From: Piromyces finnis finn | Taxonomy: Eukaryota > Fungi > Neocallimastigomycota | DNA length: 64,000 nt | Assembly: GCA_002104945.1 (NCBI GenBank) | Contig: MCFH01000056.1 | Span: 186,001-250,000, forward strand | Direction: 5' to 3' | In this document: positions 50,390 through 64,000 of the stretch, one piece after another | Numbering within the stretch: the stretch's first letter is position 1 | Layout: each line of letters opens with the position of its first letter | Made by a program: the position numbers and the translations under genes | Notes under the pieces: generated by a model | What the model was told of the DNA's origin: nothing | Database searches by the model: none | What the model saw: the letters and a program-made list of their open reading frames with translations, nothing else

Positions 50390-53300
50390 TTAATTGGATG
50401 GTGTGACTTTTTTATCTTCATCTTCAATGAATACATAGGTATTATCATTATCACTAGATTTTTCATATTCATTTATGATATCTTCAGTAAGTTCACAATT
50501 AATACATTTTGGATTATCAGGTAAAATTATATAATCAGTCTTTTTAGTATATTTAAAATGTCTATCTTTACTATCATTTTCTAATTTCTTTGGTGTAACT
50601 GTTTTTTCACCTATATTAATAATATTTTTTCTCTGAAATATCAGTTTTTAATAGCTTTGCCTTTAAAAAGTATTTATTATAATTATTTCCATTATTTGTT
50701 TTAAATACATTAAATGCTTTATTATCATCTGTATCTGGACAAAGTTTAACTTGTGTTTCATTTAATTTATCTTTAATAAGTATACCTGCAGAAGTACAAC
50801 TGTCTTCAATACTCTTGCTTTCACATGAAATATTTACTCCTGATTCTGTACATTTAATGTAACTATCCGTAACATTAACATTTACAAAGTAACCAATATT
50901 ACTTTGTAGATTACAATCAACATTGTTTGTTATTTTATTATTACTACATTCATAAAGTGATTTGTTTACTAAATAATAACCTTCTTTACAATTACTTCTG
51001 GCAATTGGATTTTTGTTACTAGGTTCACATCCTCTTACTTCATTAGTGGTACATGTCTCAGTTAAAATGGAACAATTATAAATAATACTACCTACCTTAC
51101 ATGGTAATTCTTTTTTACTTGTATCACTATCAATACAAGTAGTACCTTGATATTGTTTAGCATAATATTTACCAACTTCAATAATAATATCATTATTGTT
51201 GTTATTATTTTCTGTTAATTTAAATTGATCTGGATAATTCAGTTCTTCATCTTTATTCACTGATATACTAATATATTTATTTTCATCAGACATAAAATCA
51301 ATTGGAGAAGTGTTGTTACAATATTTCAATCCAGAATTATATATAACTGTATATTTATTATCAACATCACAATTATCTTTGGTAATATCATTGTTGGATT
51401 TACATTCATTATTATTACATTTAATTACAGTATCAGTAGAGTATTTATTGAAATAATAACCGTTTGTCACAATAATATCATTACATTCACCATTTAAACA
51501 TTGAATAATTTTTTTAGATGATGCATTATTACCAGCATTTAAAAAATAACCTTCAATAGCTTTACATTCAGTACATTCGTTTTCGTTACATTTAATTAAT
51601 TTAGTTTTATCTGCAGCATCCAAATATGTATCACCATCATTAGCTTCATTAGTTTGAATTGCACATTGAATATTATTACATAGAATTAATTTTTTTGTAT
51701 CCTTAGTACCTGCAATAGCTCCTGCATTTATATAATATCCTTCTGTAGAATATGTTTCAGCTACTGTACAATTATTCTAATTACAATTAATTAACTTTTT
51801 GGAATCAATACCACTAGCAGCAGCATTAATATAATAACCTTTATTTGAATTAATTTCATCGACAACACAGGCTGTTTCATTACAATTGATTAATTTTTTA
51901 GCATCAGCTGCATTTATATAATATCCTATAACTGAATCCTTTTCATTATCAACATTACATGAATCATTTGTACAGCTGATCAATTTTTTACTATTAGCAG
52001 CATTAACATAAACTCCAAGATTAGCATCACTTGTTTGAACTGAACATTGAATATCATCACATAAAATTAGTTTCTTAGTGTCTTTAGTACCTTCAGTAAC
52101 ACCTGCATTGATATAATATCCTTCTGTAGAATCTGTTTCAGCAATAGCACATTCATTATCATCACATTTAATTAACTTTTTAGAATCTTTGCCACTGGCA
52201 GCAGCGTTAACGTAATATCCTCCATTTGAGTCTTTAGTAGCTAATATACATCCATTATTATTAGTACATTCTATTAATTTTTTGTTATTATCTTTTGTAG
52301 CAGCTGCATTTATATAAAAACCAATAGCTGAATTATTTATATTATCAAATGAACAATTGCTCTCTTCACAAACAATTAATTTGTTGATATTAGCAGCATT
52401 AATATAAACACCATTCTTTGGTGAAGGTATTTCATAGTATTTTGTAGTACTTGTTGAATTAAATAGGTATAATTTATTGTTCAAAGCATAATATCCATTT
52501 TTACAATTTTTGTGGGTAATTTCTTCTGTTGGAATACAAATTTTTACAATAGAAGATCCTTCATTATTACAGTTATCAGTACAAGTATTGCCAGAATTAC
52601 TATCATCATTTTCATCATTACTCACTAATATATTTTATAAAATATATATCAAAATATTAAAATAAATAATTAAAAAAATTTTTTTTTTTTTTTGAAATTT
52701 AAATTACTTACTTTTAGAAGATATACATTCATTTCCTTCAACACAAATAATCATCTTAGAAGGATCGGAAGCATCTGTAAAGTATTGTGTTCCTTTAATT
52801 TCTTCACCTCTTTCACATCCATTTTTATTACAAATAATAATTCTCTTAGCATCAGAACCATCAATAAAATATAATATTTCATTGGGTTTTGAATCGGATA
52901 AATAACTAATAGATTCACATCCTGTAGAATCAGTACACCTAAGAATATTTCCGTGTTTAGATCCATCAATAAAGAAAAGATTTTCTTTGTTATTTACTTC
53001 TTCTGAAATATCTTTCTCAGTACAGACGCTTTGGTTATCTTCTGATTCACATAAAATAAGTGTTTTATTTTCGGTATCACTAGATGAAATATAAGCATAG
53101 GGTTGACTTTCTGGATTAACTAATATAGCACAACTAGAATCGCTACATATTATTAATTCTTGACTATCATTAACATAGTAATTAGGTTCAGATGATTCAG
53201 GAGCTGGAATAAATGTACAACCTGAATCAACACAATGAAGAATACCAGTACTTTTGTAGAAATTTGTTGGTGCTTTATCAGTACCTTTATGTGGAATATA

Positions 53301-56075
53301 TATACATTCAAATTCTTTTTTTTTAATAGTATTTTCATTTTCAATTTCAATTTTATTTTCACTTTCATTTTCACTTTCAATTTCACTTTTATTTTCACTT
53401 TTATTTTCATTTTCGTCTACAATTTTTGTAATTTCTTCTTTACTAGCCTCATCAAGATAACGTAATGATCTTCTCATATCTGAATATCTATAAATATAAC
53501 AGAAAATAATATTATCAGAACTAGATCCATCAATGAAAAAGCCTGAAGATGGTGCTGTACTGGAACTACATTGTTTACTATCTTCACAAGTAATAAGTTT
53601 AGTGGTTTCATTCTTAGGACTACCTTGATCAATTATATAATTAGGATTGGAAATACCATACATCAATTTACAATTTCCATCACAATAAATTAATGGTTTT
53701 TCGTCATCAGCACTGAGGTAATAACCATTAGATGCATATAAAATTTCAGTACATTTTCCATCAATACAATTAATTAGACTATTACTTGAATTATTATCTT
53801 TTGCATTCAAATAATATCCTTCTCTAATATTAGATGTTTTGTTACATTCATTAACTATTGAACCAATACAGTGAATAAGTTCATTATATGTACCTTCATT
53901 ATTTTTAATACCACTGACATAATAACCTTGTTGGATTTTATCTGTTCCTATGTTCTTTTGACATTTACCACCAGATGAACAATTATATAACACTTTATTA
54001 GAATCGTCAAAGTATACTGAATTACTAAATTGATCACAGCCACTTTCATCATTACAAATATAAATTAATAAACCATAGGTAGCGGTATCATCGACCTTAT
54101 AATTTATTTCATCATTTGTTGCAAGAATGTAAATTCCTTCCTCTTGTTTTTGACAACCATTATCAACAGATTTATATAATACACTTTCATTTGTAATACA
54201 ATAGTAATCTTCTTTAATTTCTCCAGAATTACATAATTCACCAGATTCTACACTTGTACATAATGGTATACCTAATCATATAATTATTATTAACATTGTC
54301 AATAAATTTTAATTTTAACAACTAATTCCGTTTTTAAAAAATGTTTAAAATTTAAGAGTAATAATTTAAGATTTTTTATTTTTTTATATAGATATAATAC
54401 ATACTAGCACTGGTAAGATCTATTTTTATTAAATAAAAATTTTTTATTTTTAATTTTTAAATTTTTATTGATATGAAACAAAATATAATAAATATTTATA
54501 TTTAATATATTGTTTAAATAATTAATAAGTGAATTACAATTACCTTCATTCGGTGCATATATGTTTGGATTATATTTATTAGATATGGCATAACCTTTTT
54601 CTATTTCTATTTTTAATAAGTATAATAATTAAAATAGTTCATATATTTTAAGTATTTGTTTTAATAAATTTGTAAATTATAAATATCTATTTTATAAATT
54701 AATATTTAATTTTTATATAATTATAATTTTACCATCATATTTTGCATCTATTGTTTGGTTCTTGGATTTACAAATACCATTAACACAATCTAAGTATTTT
54801 TCACTTGAATCAGGGGAACAAAAATCTTCCTTTCTTGTTATTAATCTTAAATAATCAGTACTACAATGATCAGTTTCTTTTATATAATATATATATATAT
54901 ATTTTAATATTTTATTTTTAATAATTTAAATAAAAATAATTTAGTATTTAATTTTTAATGAAATTTTATTAATTATTATTTGATATTTTCATTATCAAAA
55001 AATTCAATTTATATTATTTCATTTTTTTAAAAAATATACCATTAAATGTTGAATCAAAAAGTACATAATTTGAACCCAATTTTACTACATAAAAGTTTGC
55101 TTCATCATCCCAACTGAAAATGCTGACCTTCTCACCAGATTCATAATAATAAGGATTATGAGAAATTAAATATCTATTTTCATTTAGATCATAAGTCATA
55201 GGAAATTGTCTATAGAAAAATGTTTGTTTTCCACTAAAATGGCCCATATTAATAAGGATCTTATCACCATCTTTTTCTAGTGTACCAGAAGAAAAATTTG
55301 GAGGGACGCTTTTTGATATTTTAGAAATATTTACTAATTTACACCCTTTAGATTTTTCACATTGAATAAAAAAGCCAGGTGGTCCAACGAAATAACCAGT
55401 TTCATCTACAAATTCACAACTTGGATTTTCATTAACATACTTGAAATTGACGATTTTTACACTATTTCCATCCTTTGGCTCACTTGAAATCATTGGGATA
55501 TATCCTTCATTACATTTCTTACCTTTAATTTTTTTTTTTACATTGCAAATATCAAATTAAAAAAAGTTTTAAATTTAAATTACAAATTTTTAAAAAATAA
55601 AAAAAAATAATTTTGATTATATTAATATATATATACTTTTTATTTAATAATAACATACATTCATCATTTGGTATACAATTTCCGTCTTCTGATTCTCTAA
55701 AGATACATTCCCCTATAAATAAAATTTAATTTCAATTAATTAGTTGTAATAGTAATATTCATCATTAATAATAGTAAAATATTTTTACCTTTTTCTATTA
55801 TAGTAGTATCAATATTATCCCCATTATTAATATTAGTATTTAATATTTCTTCTTTTCTAGCTCCTAAGAAATTAATGGCATTTCCATCAACTAAATATAT
55901 AGATTTAATTTTTTTTTTTTTTTCAAAAAAAAAATAAATTTTATTTTTTATATATAACTATATCAAATAAAAAAATTATATATATTTATAAATCTTTATT
56001 TTTGATATTATTTATTATAAATTTACCTGAAATTGCAAAAATATTATAAATATACAGTAGAATAAGCAAACTGGT
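50390..56075 (-). pseudogene. Scaffoldin-like Cys-rich repeat protein, multi-exon, with an internal TAG and a late frameshift
   Basis: Many G-Y-Y...LI-C...C repeats, the motif described for anaerobic-fungal scaffoldins. GT-AG introns can be phased by eye. Hydrophobic first exon (56027-56075) with the start unresolved. TAG at 51777-51779 reads through in frame. +1 in the A-run near 50625. Confidence 0.72.
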
Positions 56076-57382
56076 TCAATTTTTTTTTATATATTTACAT
56101 ATTAAATATAATATATTATTAAATAATAAATATTAGTATTATATTTTTATTACATTTTTTTTATTACCAAAAAAAATTTTATTTCATTTAATATTTATAT
56201 TCCTTTTGATATATAATATTAATTATAAATAAAAAATCCACTGTTAGAATATGTGAAACGTTATGTCACATGTATTCAAATGTATTGAAATGTATTAAAA
56301 CGTATTTATATATATTGTATTTGATTATATGTTTAAGCCACAATGTAAATGTATAAATACATGTAGTTTGAGAAGAATGTAACGCAAGTAGTTCTTTATC
56401 ATAAAATATATTAATAAAGTTGACATAATTATAAACCTAAATTAAACAACTCTTAATAGATTAAGAGTCTCAAGACTCTCAAGAGAGAATCTCATTAATT
56501 CTCAAATGATTTTCTGAAAGATGAATCAAACCGCCGGATATGACATTTTGTCATAGGAGAAAACTGTAGGAAATTCTAACTATCAGAACTAAATTATTTA
56601 ATCTGAAATTTTCTATGTTTGATAAAATTATCTTGAGATCTAAAATTTGAGATTTCAAAATTTTAAGATTGAAATATTATTTTCGCCATAAATAAAAGAT
56701 TCGAAGTAACTTAATATAGAAAATAAGGAAATAATCAATCTGATAAATAAAACATAGAAAGTAGTATATTTTCTAATATGATATAAGTTAATCTACAATG
56801 ATAGAATTCAAACATTAAATTTCCGAAAAACTAGTAAATTATTAAAATTTAAATTATTTTGAATTCAATAAACTCAGAAAATATACAAATCAAATTAAAT
56901 ATAAATAAATAGCTTAAACCCCCCAAGGAACAATACCTATATCACTATATTGATTTGATAACTTTGTAGCTTAAAACAAATCGTCAATAGTAAACTACAA
57001 AAAGCTTTCAGTAAATTTAATATTCCTTGAATATAGACATAATATCAATAGTAACAAAACTTCTATTCTCAAGAAGATATGATATAGTAGTATTAATATT
57101 AAGAATATAATATGTGAAATTTGAATAAATAAGTTCCTTAAGCTTAGATTATTTATCAGGATAATTTTAAAATTTATGTAACAAAAAGAATATTTCCTAG
57201 CATTCCATATTACTTCTATAATAAAGCAAAATTTTATAAAGATCTCTACATCCATTATCTAAAGAAAGGATATGAGAACACAATTATGAAAATTAGTATT
57301 TATCAATTATGATATATATTGAAAATTGTAATATGTAATATCTCCAATATGGATCTTAACACTGATGAAATTAGAAATCCTA

Positions 57383-58145
57383 TATGGTTTATATTTCCTT
57401 AAGAAGCGTGGTTACAGAAAGATTCTAATTCCACTCCTTATGAAGAGTGATGTTATGACCAAGACAGCTCAATTATCTGATATTGATGAAGAATTATACA
57501 TGGTTTCTAAAGTTAATGATGATCCAGAACCAAAATGTTAGTGAACAACCAATCAGTACTTTCTATAGAGGTGAATGGTTCAGTGAACCAGAAAAGTAAT
57601 TATTAGTCAGAGATACTAGTTATTCAATTTGTTTCAAAAAGAAAGCTGGTGCTCACAGCAAAAATACTTAGGGTCTTTTCCAGCATTAACTAATTCGAAA
57701 AGATTGAGCAATCCATTTTTGTCAATCAGAAAAGAGCTGGGAAGAATTAGAACAATTAATTAGTACTACTGAAGATTTCTACCAATCTCTTAAGCTTCCA
57801 TATCACGTTATTGCCATTGTTTCTGATGTCATAAACAATGCTGCTACTAAGAAACACGATCTTTAAACTTATTTTCCATTCCAACCTGAATACAAGGAAT
57901 TAGATAGTTGTCGTAACTATACTGATTACCAATCTAGAAACTTAGGTAACATGTTTGGTGTTAAGAAGATGAACTCCCATGTTAAGAACTACGTTTACTT
58001 ATTAAACGGTACTCTTTGTGCTAACGGACGTACTTTTTTCTGTACTCTCGAAAACTATCAAACCGAAAATGTTTTAATTGTTCCAGAACTATTAAGACCA
58101 TATATAGATGTTGTTAAATTTATTTGTCAAAGAACTCACTTCTGA
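57383..58145 (+). pseudogene. SES1: Processed fragment of cytosolic seryl-tRNA synthetase (catalytic half)
   Basis: YGLYFLKKRGY, KTAQLSDIDEELY, SEQPIS, AGAHSK, NNAATKKHDL, KELDSCRNYTDYQSR, LNGTLCA, ENYQTE, VPELLRPY. Intronless, with several stops and frameshifts. Confidence 0.92.
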
Positions 58146-60111
58146 CAAGAAAATAGTTAAAATATAATTTAGGAAGATATAAAGTTTATTATATAGCATG
58201 AAGATTATTCAACTTGATATTGATCTACTCATTATGTAAATTTGCATACAATAACATTAAATATCCATATATCCAGTTATTAAAATATCCATTCACAAAT
58301 ATTCATGAACACATAATTACATATATTTACCAATATTTCATCTTATTTTCAAAAGAACTAGTTTTATTAACATTCATAAAATAGCATTATTGTTATTGAA
58401 AGCATAGCATACATATTTATTTCAAGTAAATAAATTGTTTGTGAAATATTCAAATACTTTAACTACTACTATTTTAATGAGAAAATATTCTTTCCGCCAT
58501 AGAGGAAAGATAGAACATAAAGAAAATACATAAAATTTATACAATTAGAAACATGAATTAGAATAATTAAACATTATTTGATAAGTTTGTATAAAATATC
58601 CTATTGTAATGAAATTATGCAATGAACATTGAAACTATCCTTGTGAAAATGTCAATCAATTTCTTTATGATAATTTCACTCAAATCAGTATTATATAATT
58701 TAATCCAGTATACTATTCTTTGAATTAAATCATTATAACAATACTTTAAGATAATATTTAGCCTCAAAAGCATTATTTAAATTATTGCTACCTATAAAGC
58801 AAATATATTACTGGTCAAATGCTCATCCCGTAGGCTGTTATTGCTAATATACATAGCAAATATTTCAAATGAGGTAATTTATTAAAGTTAGAAATGCTTA
58901 GCGTGAAATGAGCATATTCTACATATATATATTTTGAATATCCTAGCGTGAAATGGGTATATTCAATAATAATTTAACAGCTTATCATGATTTAACTTAG
59001 CGTGAAATGAGTTATATTCATAGATAATTATTAATGATGGTTTTAGACCTATATATATTTAATTTGGTCCCATCAATAACAATGTAGCACCTTCATAGTA
59101 AGGGCTCCTTAGATTTAGATGACATTGATTCATCATATTTATTTATTACCAACATTCAAGAATGTTGTGACGCCGTTTTAAAATATAATTTACGGTGATT
59201 TAGTAACCTCATATATAAATCGCCACTTTCAACGTAGTGAGTGATCGCCGACCAATTAGCTGACATTCTAATTAACCGAGCCGACTTCGATATAATTTAG
59301 AAGAACTTTATTCTCTTCAACAATCGATATTTTAAATGTCATTATCTTACAATATTAACTTGTTATAATTTTACTGGTATATCTACTTATTTTAATTTGA
59401 AGTAGAGAAATAAATGTTTAAGGAATACTTTATTTATTCGTTTGATCCTCTATGATATTAACATCATTTAAATATTTTATTGTGAGGATATAATTTTTAC
59501 AATACTTTAAAGGATAGGCAATTGAGAAAAATGAAATGAATGAAAACATTAGAATATGTTATTTATTATTTATATAGGTATTAATACTTATCGTATATGT
59601 TATGGAAAATTATTCATTATTATGAAAATTTGATGCAAAATGAATGAAATTTTATGAAATTTAAATTTCTCTTTTTCAAATCTAAGTATTTATTACTAAA
59701 CATCTAGATTTGAGGGGGAAGTAGTGAATATACGAAATTTAAAATTCAAGATAATAATTTTGTTTCTAGTTAAACATTGGAAATAACTAAAACATTGCAT
59801 AGAAACTAAGGCTTAATAAATAGAATGAATTGAAATTCAAATTGTAAAAATTTATAAGATTCAATATGTAAAAATGAAAAGAACAAAATTTCAAATACAA
59901 AGTAAAATATTCTTAAATATTATAAGAATAATTAATCAATACAAAAGGCATAAAAGGAAGGAAAAACACCTAAAAGAAAATGTTAAAATTCAATATACAT
60001 AAACTAAATAACTATTAAGAATTTAATTAAAATTTTACCATTATTAATTAGTATTTACAAATAGATTGAAATACAATTATGCTAATATTCTAAAGAAAAT
60101 TGTAATTATAA

Positions 60112-60341
60112 GGACATAAAACCAGAGAGTTATCCATAGGTTGTCCGAAGAACGTAAAACCAAGAAGATTAACCATAGGTTGTTAAGAGAACGTAAAACC
60201 AAAAAGAGTTATCCATATGTGTTGTCATAAGGACGTAAAATCAAAGGTTAACCATGAGTTGTTAAGAAAACGTAAAACCAAAGAGGTAAACCATGCGTTG
60301 TCATAAGGACGTAAAATCAAAGAGATAAACCATGTGTTGTC
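60112..60341 (+). repeat. About 6 diverged ~38-bp tandem repeats inside the LTR element
   Basis: Recurrent ACGTAAAACCAAAG...CCAT..GTTGT units. Confidence 0.85.
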
Positions 60342-63051
60342 TATAATTCTGTGTAAATCTCAGAGAGATTACCAATATAGTTTATAGGATAATGTAAAAC
60401 CGGAAGGGTTTTCAATCCTTAATGGATGGTATAACAATTTATGAATATCCAATCCAAATTTTAAACTTTAATACTACCCAATTATACAAAGGTTTTCAGT
60501 TTATCCATAAAAACGAAGTTATAGGGTAATATTAAAATTCTTTAAAGCAATTAGCGAATAATATATGTGAAATATTTTAAATTCCAATTAATGAAATATA
60601 AAAATTTTAAACATTAGATTTAGTTTATAGTTAATAGTTTAGAAATAATAAAATGCACATATTCACCAGCAAACCAAATTTTACTTAGTAGAAAATTAGG
60701 TTTGAGGGGGAATGTTAGAATATGTGAAACGTTATGTCACATGTATTCAAATGTATTGAAATGTATTAAAACGTATTTGTATATATTGTATTTGATTATA
60801 TGTTTAAGCCACAATGTAAATGTATAAATACATGTAGTTTGAGAAGAATGTAACGCAAGTAGTTCTTTATCATAAAATATATTAATAAAGTTGACATAAT
60901 TATAAACCTAAATTAAACAACTCTTAATATCCACAATAATAATAATAATAATAATAATATATATTATTACCTTTGTATTTTGATTGTTATCATTTTTTTT
61001 TATAAAAATATTAATTTTTTTTAAAAAAATATATCTTTTATCAATAATATTCTAAAAATAAAATATTATATAAGAAAAAAAGTCAATAATTTTTCTTCTA
61101 TTTTTTTTTAAATAATAAGTATTAAATAAAAAAACTACTTTTTATAAAATATCTATAATTAAAAAAAAATACCTTTCTATATTAATATTAAACTAATCTA
61201 TATTAAAATATATAAATAACTCTTTATTTCTTGTAAAAAATTAATTTCATATTTAATAGTAATTTTTAAAAGATGATCTAAAATTAAAAAGATAAAAAAA
61301 AAAGAAAGTGAAAATATTTTATTACTTCTTCTTTTCAATGATTTTTTATTTTTAAAAAATTTAAACTTTTTATTTTTCAGTAAATTAAAAAAAAAAAAAA
61401 GATTTTTTTAATTAAATTTTATTAAATTTTGAATTTTAAAGAAAGAAAAAAAGTAATTTCATAATCAATAAATAATAATTAATTTCATAAGAAAAAAGGT
61501 TTAGATAATTAAAAAACAATTTAAACAATCAATAATAATAAACAATAACAATTAATTATATTCAATGAAATAAATTTAATTAATAATTCTATAAAGGTGA
61601 ACAATAAAAAGAAAAAGTTTAAATGGTTACAGAATGGTACATAAAGACATGCATTTACATAAATATATGTATATAATGAATGTAAAAATGTGTTTATTTT
61701 TTTAATTTTCACAATGTAAAAGAAAATGTATTAAAATGTAATGTATTAAAATGTAATGTGCGTTTTTTAAATAAAATTATCTTTTTCTCTCCAACCAATA
61801 TTAAAAAAAAAAGACAATTGAGAAAAATTAATTTATTTTCCATGGTATAATTAAACAAAACTTTATATAAAATTGCATTTTATTTATTCTACATAACATT
61901 ATTATTAATATACAGAAATAAAAAATAGTTCTTTTCATTTTTTTTATATTCATTCTTTTAAAAGATTTATTCTTTAATAAAATTATTTTTGTATTTTGTA
62001 ATTATTGTCTTTTAGAAAAAAAAACTTTTTATTTATAAATTAAGTTTTATATAGTTTATATAATAATTCCAATAATTTTATTTTATTGAAAATGCTTCCA
62101 GTTACAAAAATACATAAATATAAGCTTATTAATGTAAAAAGTAGTTTAGCTCAAAATAATTGAAAGATATTAAAATTAATTACTTTATACATGCCAACTA
62201 CACTTTTACTATATTGAATTTCAATTAAATAATAAAAAAAAAATTAGGAAAAGTGTTTTATTTAAATAATGATAAAAAGAAAAGAAAAAAAATTAAATAA
62301 TGAAATGTTAAAAAAAATATAAAAATATTTATTATTATTTATTATTCATAGACACATAAATAAACCTAGAAATGGTTAAAATTTTTAAATAAAAATAAAG
62401 TTTCAAGATTAAAGTAAACAAAGCAGGGTTAGATGTTGTTCATGTCAACATATATAATTTATGATATAGAGAACTATTATTATTTACATGATTTTATACT
62501 AATGTAATTGTAATTAACATTTAATACATATTCATATAGTCTTGACATTTTGAATCCTTATTATTATTATATTTAATAAAGTTATTTTATATATATTGTA
62601 TTATGTTCATATTTAAAAAAAAAGGTGCAATATTCAATATATTGTTTAAACAATAAATTAAAATATTAATAAAAAATATATATATGGATATTTTATTTTA
62701 TTTTATAATTATAAATGTTTATAAGGTTAAAAAGCAATTAAAGAAAATTTTTTTATTCATAAATTAATTTTTTAAATAAAAATAAAATTAAAAAAAAATT
62801 TTTTTAAAAAAATTTTATAAATAAGAAAATAAGACTTTTCAGGAAAATTAAAATTTGAAATGAATAAAGAATTAATTAAACTTTAATAACCAAAATTTAA
62901 CTATAATTTAAAGAAAATAAAAAAATAAAAAAAAACAGTATTTATTTATTATTTTCATTTTTAATATTGATATTTAGAAATGAAATAAAATTATGAAATT
63001 TAAAAACAATATTTTATTTACACTATTATTACTACTTATTTTTAAATTAAA

Positions 63052-63872
63052 ATGGGTTGTTAGTTCCTCTGAAATTAACAAAAATAATGCTGCAAAAGAG
63101 GTAATTATTATTATTATTTGTTTGAAATTATAAAATATATATATTGTAGTTATTAAAATAAATAATTGTATTAATTAAATATTTATATAGGAGGATAAAT
63201 ATAAAGATATTAATTAAAAAATAACCATATTTGAAGAAGGACAGAACAAATGGAATTCAGACTGGCTTGAATATTCATGTTCAGTAGGAGAATATGATAA
63301 AATTGATAATGGAATAATTATAGTTACACTACTTTATATGGCTGAATTTTCATTGCAAAGTAAAACTTTAAATTCACAGTATGGTTATCTTACTTTTGAC
63401 TTTAAACTTGAACCTGCTGATAATAAAACTATAGATTTATTGGCATTTGATTATGATGGAAACCCTGCTGATAATAAAACTATAGATTTATTGGCATTTG
63501 ATTATGATGGAAACAACGGTTATGATTACGTTAACCAAGGAAGATATAATTATAACGTATGTATATATACTATTTTTTCATTTAATAATAAATTAAAAAC
63601 ATTAATTGAAATATAAAATGTTTTCTTGTACTTATTATGTTTATTGTATAAAAACAAGGGTTCTGATTGGATTAACATCAATCAAGAAATTAAAAATCAC
63701 AGTAAAAATGCTTACATTAAATTAATAAATAGATTTGCTTGGCATAATGGTAATGAGGGAAATGAAATTACATTATATCTTAAAAATATTTATTATTATG
63801 ATATAAATGTTGATATGAATGATGATAATATCATTAATAACAATAATAGTAATAATAATAGTAATTTTGATG

Positions 63873-63946
<74 letters not shown>

Positions 63947-63949
63947 TAA
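63052..63949 (+). pseudogene. Three-exon gene with an MGC-type N-terminus and a CBM29-like domain; damaged
   Basis: Exons ~63052-63100, 63191-63556 and 63659-63949 with GT-AG borders. The pattern FSL..G.L.FD.K...RFAW..G...LYLKNI resembles CBM29 from memory. Extra T after codon 3, in-frame TAA near 63215, frameshift near 63335, 51-bp duplication. Confidence 0.45.
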
Positions 63950-63966
63950 TAATAATAATAATAATA

Positions 63967-64000
<34 letters not shown>
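63872..64000. repeat. (AAT)n microsatellite
   Basis: Long AAT tract with one A-run interruption, continuing to the window end. Confidence 0.95.

Larger units (their letters stand above)
56242..60929 (+). mobile_element. Non-autonomous LTR element, probably copia-derived
   Basis: 217-bp LTRs (56242-56458 and 60713-60929) with one mismatch, TSD tccac, PPT GAGGGGGAA. The only pol-like remnant seen is DQLADIL (59250-59270). Confidence 0.9.

Noticed and set aside
60112-60341. CRISPR-like array (also the repeats at 15275-15565 and 26930-27052)
   Set aside because: The units are contiguous and degenerate with no unique spacers, there are no cas genes, and the context is eukaryotic.
63872-64000. 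Telomere at the window end
   Set aside because: A simple (AAT)n microsatellite like those at 7.9 and 29.4 kb, with no G-rich telomeric unit.

Overview
Very AT-rich eukaryotic DNA, most likely an anaerobic gut fungus (Neocallimastigomycota). This is inferred from the base composition, short AT-rich introns, (AAT)n tracts and a scaffoldin-like Gly-Tyr-Tyr/Cys repeat gene. About 50 kb is a transposon nest. 1-30 kb: three Ty3/gypsy families (two chromoviruses E1 and E2, plus a tRNA-Ala-primed element E3) and several TG...CA solo LTRs, stacked around a tRNA-Ile(AAT) gene. 35-50 kb: a train of co-oriented APE-RT LINEs, a candidate tRNA-Ala-derived SINE and a duplicated ~165-nt multi-hairpin leader. 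50-56 kb: an intron-containing scaffoldin-like gene with lesions. 56.2-60.9 kb: a non-autonomous LTR element with near-identical LTRs carrying a seryl-tRNA synthetase retro-fragment. 63-64 kb: a damaged CBM29-like gene. Main leads: tRNA-free self-priming signatures in both chromoviruses; repeated insertion beside the tRNA and into the hairpin end of the E2 LTR; an LTR-mediated 3.4-kb inversion that can be undone on paper; LTR capture of a host mRNA; and a structured LINE 5' module. All alignments were done by eye, with no database searches.
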